This document shows, piece after piece, positions 59,169 through 64,000 of a stretch of 64,000 bases of DNA. Every line of letters starts with the position of its first letter. Position 1 is the first letter of the stretch. The notes under the pieces were generated by a model that had not been told where the DNA came from, ran no database searches, and worked only from the letters and a program-made list of their open reading frames with translations. This DNA is from Aquificaceae bacterium (GTDB lineage: Bacteria; Aquificota; Aquificia; Aquificales; Aquificaceae), in NCBI GenBank assembly GCA_037925075.1, contig JAXSNR010000001.1, positions 544,001-608,000 of the forward strand, given 5' to 3'. The position numbers were made by a program, and so were the translations under genes.

Positions 59169-61193
59169 CCAAAACACCTATAACTTTGAGATTTAGTTGC
59201 CTATCAAGTTCATTATAAGATAGCACTGTAAGGTTTGGCATGTAGTTTTCAAGAACCCTTCTGATGTGTCTCCTTATAGAGCTTGAGGTTATAAGAATTG
59301 GCACAGTCTGATACTGGTTGAATTTTGCAACTTCCTGAGAAAGCTTTGGGTATATGGTATTGACGAGAAGGTCTAAAAATTCATCCTCTTTACCCTCCTG
59401 CACATAGGCCGTAAGCTTCGCTTCAACCTTCGGAGATATTATCATGGCGTAAAGGGTTCCATTTGTAGAGTACAGTCTCGTTATCCTCTTGGCAAGTCTT
59501 TGTCGCACATACTCGGTAAGAAGGTCTGGGTCTCTTGTCTGCTCTATGTAATCTGCAAGGGTTTCAAGGATGGTAAGAAGGTCGTTTATGGGTATACCTT
59601 CTCTGAGAAGGTTTTGAAGCACTCTATGAAGCACAGAGATTGGCACCACATCAGGCACAAGTCCTTGAACCGCCTTTGGGTATCTCCTTGATAGGTTTTC
59701 CACCAGTTCAAGCACCTCAGCCCTTCCCAGTATTTCATGTAGGTTTCTCTTTATAGTTTCGCTTATGTGGGTTATGATGGCGGTGGATATATCCACCACC
59801 ATGTAGCCTAGTCTTTGGGCTCTGTCTTTTAGGTCTTCCCTTATCCAATAGGCTTTTAGTTTAAAAGATGGGTCCTTTGTCTCTATACCCTGGAGTGGCT
59901 CTTTGGCACTTCCAAGGTCTATGGCAAGCCAGTGTCCTGGCACTATCTCATAGGAGTCCACTTCTATGCCCCTTATAAGTATGCGGTATTGATGAGGTCT
60001 TAGCCTAAGGTTGTCCCTTATGTGAACCAGCGGTATAACCACACCATACTCACTTGCAAGCTGTCTTCTTACTGTCTTTATCCTATCCGGCACATCACCA
60101 CCTTGAGACTCATCCACGTAAGGTATGAGCCCGTAGCCTATCTCGAGGGCTATAGTCTCTGGCTGGGTGATTAGCTCCTCTTCCTTCTTTTCCGCAGAGG
60201 GCTTTTCTGTTCTTTGATAAGCTCCTCAAGTTTTCTAAGCTCTTCCTGTTTTAGGGCTCTACTGAGAGCGTAATAAAGTCCTCCGAGCATGCCCGCCATA
60301 AGGAAGAAGGGAAGTTTTGGAAAGCCTGGAATGAGACCTATAAAAACAAGGAGAGCAGAGGAAAAAAGGAATACCTTTGGCTCCTTTGAAAACTCTCTAA
60401 GAAGAGCTTTCCCAAGCTCATCCCTTGAGGAGGATTTGGTAGTCACTATTCCTGCGGAAGTTGATAGCATGAGGGCTGGTATCTGGCTGGCAAGCCCCTC
60501 ACCCACTGTAAGGAGAGAGTACGTCCTTATTGCATCAGAAAACCCCATACCCTTAAAAACCAATCCCACCAGAAGACCACCCACAAGGCTTAGGAAAAGT
60601 ATTATCAACGCTGCAATGGCATCACCCCTTATAAACTTGCTTGCACCGTCCATAGCTCCAAAAAAGCTGGCTTCTTGCTCAAGTTGTGCCCTTCTCCTTT
60701 TGGCTTCTTCTTCCGTTATAAGCCCTGCGTTGAGGTCTGCGTCTATGCTCATCTGTTTTCCGGGCATGGCGTCAAGGGTAAAGCGTGCGGCAACTTCAGA
60801 AACCCTCTCAGCACCTCTGGTTATGACCACAAAGTTTATAACTATAAAAATAAGAAACACTATAAACCCCACTACCACATCTCCACCCACCACAAAGGTG
60901 CCAAAGCCCTCTATAATATGCCCTGCGGCAGATGTCCCCTCATGTCCGTAAAGCAGTATTCTCCTTGCGGCGGCTATGTTTAGGGAAAGCCTAAGGAGCG
61001 TTCCCAAAAGCAAGATGCTGGGAAAAACGGAAAGCTCTAAGGGTTCCTTTATAAAGGTGGTTAGCACAAGCACCGTCATTGAAAAAGTGATACTAAGGGC
61101 AAGTAGAAGGTCAAGAAGAAAAGCGGGCACTGGCAAAACTATGGCACCCAGTATAACCACAAAGGCAAGAATAACCCACCCTTCCCTAAGCAT
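59158..61193 (-). pseudogene. flhA: Flagellar export gate FlhA split by a one-base frameshift (real lesion or sequencing error)
   Basis: N-half [29 protein letters not shown]-half [16 protein letters not shown]; adding one A at 60203-60206 joins them via [28 protein letters not shown]. Confidence 0.88.
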
Positions 61194-61230
61194 AGGACTA
61201 TTATTATATTAATGGAACGGAGGGAGCTTA

Positions 61231-61728
61231 ATGGAGCTTGATATAATTCAATACGATTTAGACCCAGATACAAAAAAACAGCTACAAAGAATACTGCAAA
61301 ACCTGCTGAATAAAACCTCTGCCAGTGTGATATTACTTACTGACGATGCTGGAAGGGTATTAGATATAAAAGGCAATAAGCAAGAGGCCTTGGAAACAGA
61401 GTTTCTGGCAACTCTTATAAGTGGCATATTCGGTGCTGCGGTTGAAATGGGGAAAATTCTTAGGATGGAAGACCTTGATGTTCTTCAATACGAAAGCAAA
61501 AGTATGGATGTGGTTATAAAACACATCCGCCCAAGGTTCTTGCTCGGCATAATAGTGGGGAAGGGGGTAGCTCTTGGCACTGTGAGGCTTTTCTTGAAGG
61601 AGGCAGCCGAGGCACTTGAAAAAGTCCTTGAGAGGGCGCAATGGGCTCCATCAACGGAGATAAAAATAGATATAAAGGAACTTGAGGAAAAATTGAACAG
61701 GATTTTGGGGGGTTCTTATGAAGCTTAA
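61231..61728 (+). CDS. mglB: Roadblock/LC7 protein, MglB-like
   Basis: ILLTDDAGR, LATL..G.F.A..EM.K.L, LGTVRL, C-terminal helix; GGAGG RBS. Confidence 0.82.
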   Translation: MELDIIQYDLDPDTKKQLQRILQNLLNKTSASVILLTDDAGRVLDIKGNKQEALETEFLATLISGIFGAAVEMGKILRMEDLDVLQYESKSMDVVIKHIRPRFLLGIIVGKGVALGTVRLFLKEAAEALEKVLERAQWAPSTEIKIDIKELEEKLNRILGGSYEA

Positions 61729-62287
61729 GATAGTGTATTTTGGCTCCAGCCTTGCTGGTAAGAGCACCAACGTAAAAAAGTTGTATGAAATACTTAAGGA
61801 AAGGAGTCTAACAAAAGGTGATATGGTGGTTATGGAAACTGAAGAACAAAGGACGCTCTTTGTAGAGATGTTTATAAGCTCTATAAACATTGACGGATAT
61901 GAATTTGAACTAAAGATACTAACAACACCCGGTCAGTTTAGACTTCATCCTCTCAGAAAGGTCATAATGAAGGGAGTGGACGGCCTCGTTTTCGTGGTGG
62001 ATAGCTCAAAGGAGAGGGAAAAAGTAAACTTTCTCGTTATGAGAGAGACCGCGGCGGTTTTGAAGGAACAAGGGGAAAACTTGCTAAGGTTTCCTGTAGT
62101 AGTTCAGTATAACAAAAGGGATTTGCCCGATGCCATGGACATAGAGGATATGCAGGTCCGATTCAATCCTTGGGCTACAGATTATGTGCCAGCGGTAGCA
62201 ATAAGGGGAGAGGGTGTGTTAGAGACCTTTCAAAAAATCATAAAAAACATACTGGTAAGAAAATATGCGGGGAACGCCCTTATATAA
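61718..62287 (+). CDS. mglA: MglA-like small Ras-type GTPase
   Basis: KIVY.G...AGKSTN, RTL, PGQ, GVDGLVFVVDS, YNKRD, A..GEGV. Confidence 0.88.
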   Translation: MKLKIVYFGSSLAGKSTNVKKLYEILKERSLTKGDMVVMETEEQRTLFVEMFISSINIDGYEFELKILTTPGQFRLHPLRKVIMKGVDGLVFVVDSSKEREKVNFLVMRETAAVLKEQGENLLRFPVVVQYNKRDLPDAMDIEDMQVRFNPWATDYVPAVAIRGEGVLETFQKIIKNILVRKYAGNALI

Positions 62288-63386
62288 AGACATAGACATA
62301 AGCACAGTACGGCTTGACACGCTAAAAGAAGAAATAAAAGAAAAGTCCTTTACCGGTTTTATGAAATTAACCTACTGGGATGCGGAAGACTACCACTTCT
62401 ACTTACATGGAAGTTGGGTAGCAGGTATAAGATATCTTTCAGATGGTGTTGGCAAGAAATTAGAGGTTGAAGATTACAGACTATACACAGAAAAGGGGCT
62501 GCTATCCTTGTATGCCACATCACCTATTGAGGTTTTCACCTTTCTTGAATGCCTGAAAGACAGCATAAGCCCTTACAGCTTTATCACCTATGGACATGAG
62601 CTTATAGCACCAATTCAACTTACTCATACAAATCCCAACAAGGTCCTTGAAAATTTAATGTCCATGCAGATGTACGGTTATATGATAATCAGCAAAGAAA
62701 AGGAACTTGGACCCCTTATTGCCTTTTCGGGGGGAAAACCGGTTTTTATCAGTGAAAAAGGCTTGTCCACAGATGCAACCCTACGCATAGATCCAAGCCA
62801 CGCCTACATGGCCGTATTCCAGACAGAGCCAGAGCTTGTAAATTTTTTAGCCTCTCTTGATAGCATTAGAAAGGTAGAAAGCACAAAAAGTGATATACAA
62901 AACCTTAAGGAGCTGACAAAAAAGCATAGTACCTCATATCTTCTCTTAGAGGTTTTTATCACAGAAGGGATGCGTTTTTTCAGCCTTATAAAGGGAAATT
63001 CCATTATTTTTAAGGCACTAAACAAATTAGGGCAGATAGAAGGAGGAGTACCTCACCTTTCTTATGAGACCGCATATTCCATTAATCTTTACACCTTGGA
63101 GATAAAAACGGACCTAAAGCCCGTAGAGGTTCGCTTTAACCTATCTACTGGAGAAACAAGCCTTGTAGAAGGCAATATACTTTCTTCTATAAAGAATGCC
63201 TTTGTGGATGAGATTGGTCCTATAGGAGTAGCTGTGTGGAAGAAGGTTTTTGAAAAAATGGGGTTTGCTCAGGACAGACTTCCAAAGGACAGGCTTTCAG
63301 AGTTTATACAAAGGCTTGCGCAAGAAATACCGGATGAAAAGCATTCAAAAAGGTTCTTAGAAAAAACAAGGAGGTGGCTACTATGA
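62265..63386 (+). CDS. Hypothetical protein; PATAN/DUF4388-like N-terminal regions and C-terminal helical IGP domain
   Basis: L..L......FTG.MKL.......Y.HG..V pattern repeated around MYGYMII..FSGGKPV; overlaps mglA; domain call by eye. Confidence 0.6.
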   Translation: MRGTPLYKDIDISTVRLDTLKEEIKEKSFTGFMKLTYWDAEDYHFYLHGSWVAGIRYLSDGVGKKLEVEDYRLYTEKGLLSLYATSPIEVFTFLECLKDSISPYSFITYGHELIAPIQLTHTNPNKVLENLMSMQMYGYMIISKEKELGPLIAFSGGKPVFISEKGLSTDATLRIDPSHAYMAVFQTEPELVNFLASLDSIRKVESTKSDIQNLKELTKKHSTSYLLLEVFITEGMRFFSLIKGNSIIFKALNKLGQIEGGVPHLSYETAYSINLYTLEIKTDLKPVEVRFNLSTGETSLVEGNILSSIKNAFVDEIGPIGVAVWKKVFEKMGFAQDRLPKDRLSEFIQRLAQEIPDEKHSKRFLEKTRRWLL

Positions 63387-64000
63387 AAAAGCTTTTACCA
63401 AAAAGCATAAGATGGAAGATAAGCCTACCCGTGTTGATTTTTGGAGTGCTCGCTGGGTTGGCTACAGGCGTATATACCTACAAAACAGAAATAGACAAGG
63501 CGGTTTACACCACGGAAGAAAAGGTCAAAACCGCAATATCCTTCAGCGATAGCTCAAGAGAGTATGTAAGGAAAACTCTAAGGCCGTTGATTTTTGACTT
63601 TCTTGGAAGAGCAAAGGGTTGTTTGCAGGAGGACTTTATCTTAGAAGCTCAGTCTTCTAGCTTTTTTACAGCTTCCATATTCAACATGGTTAACGAGAAA
63701 ATGCCCGACTTTCAACTTAGACAGGTAGCATACAACCCCATAAACCCAAAGAATAACCCCACGCCAGAAGAGGCGAAAATCATAAACTTTATGAAGGCAA
63801 GCGGTCAAAAGGAGTACGCGGGTGTTGCGGAAATTAATGGTCAGAGTTATTTAGTCCATGCCTTCGGAAAGGTGGCGGAGGCAGGATGTATGCAATGCCA
63901 CTCTACAAGAGAAGCCATGCCCAAAAGCCTTATAGCCAAGTATAACCCTGCCTATGACCCCAACTGGAAGGTGGGAGAGCTTGTGGGAGCGGTAATAGTG
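63383..64000 (+). CDS. Membrane-anchored DUF3365 (Tll0287-like) c-type heme sensor protein, 3' end outside the window
   Basis: Not in the ORF track; ATG 63383 with GGAGG RBS, N-terminal TM, NPINPKNNP, CMQCH, WKVGELVGA; frame open to the window end. Confidence 0.85.
   Translation, partial: MKKLLPKSIRWKISLPVLIFGVLAGLATGVYTYKTEIDKAVYTTEEKVKTAISFSDSSREYVRKTLRPLIFDFLGRAKGCLQEDFILEAQSSSFFTASIFNMVNEKMPDFQLRQVAYNPINPKNNPTPEEAKIINFMKASGQKEYAGVAEINGQSYLVHAFGKVAEAGCMQCHSTREAMPKSLIAKYNPAYDPNWKVGELVGAVIV

Overview
A 64-kb, densely coding chromosomal window from an Aquificaceae bacterium (Hydrogenobacter/Thermocrinis/Aquifex-like). The taxonomy is inferred from a short PolA lacking the 5'-3' exonuclease, archaeal-type DHQ synthase II and Ogg, an NtrC4-like regulator, AGG/ATA-rich codon usage and an Aquificae-type CRISPR repeat. 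Most genes are housekeeping (purL, lspA, gatC, recA, cmk, murE, gnd-zwf-pgl, guaB, queA, dut, pnp, rpsO, rnr, polA, aroA, rpsP, metK, hisZ, recN, dnaA, proC), plus two tRNAs, Thr(CGT) and Arg(CCT), and flagellar genes. Notable points: (1) an orphan one-spacer CRISPR mini-array, a long palindrome and a small AT-rich membrane-protein gene inserted between zwf and pgl; (2) an MglB-MglA-PATAN-like-heme c sensor operon head-to-head with flhA-flhF-flhG, a candidate non-Che taxis/polarity system; (3) tRNA-Thr overlapping the pnp stop codon; (4) single-base frameshifts in flgI and flhA plus a hemerythrin pseudogene; (5) a Tat-exported His-rich beta-propeller coupled to a COG0523 GTPase; (6) an HxlR-controlled redox operon; (7) many apparent leaderless starts whose -10 box contains the upstream stop codon. 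All calls come from reading the sequence and recalling family motifs; no database searches were run.
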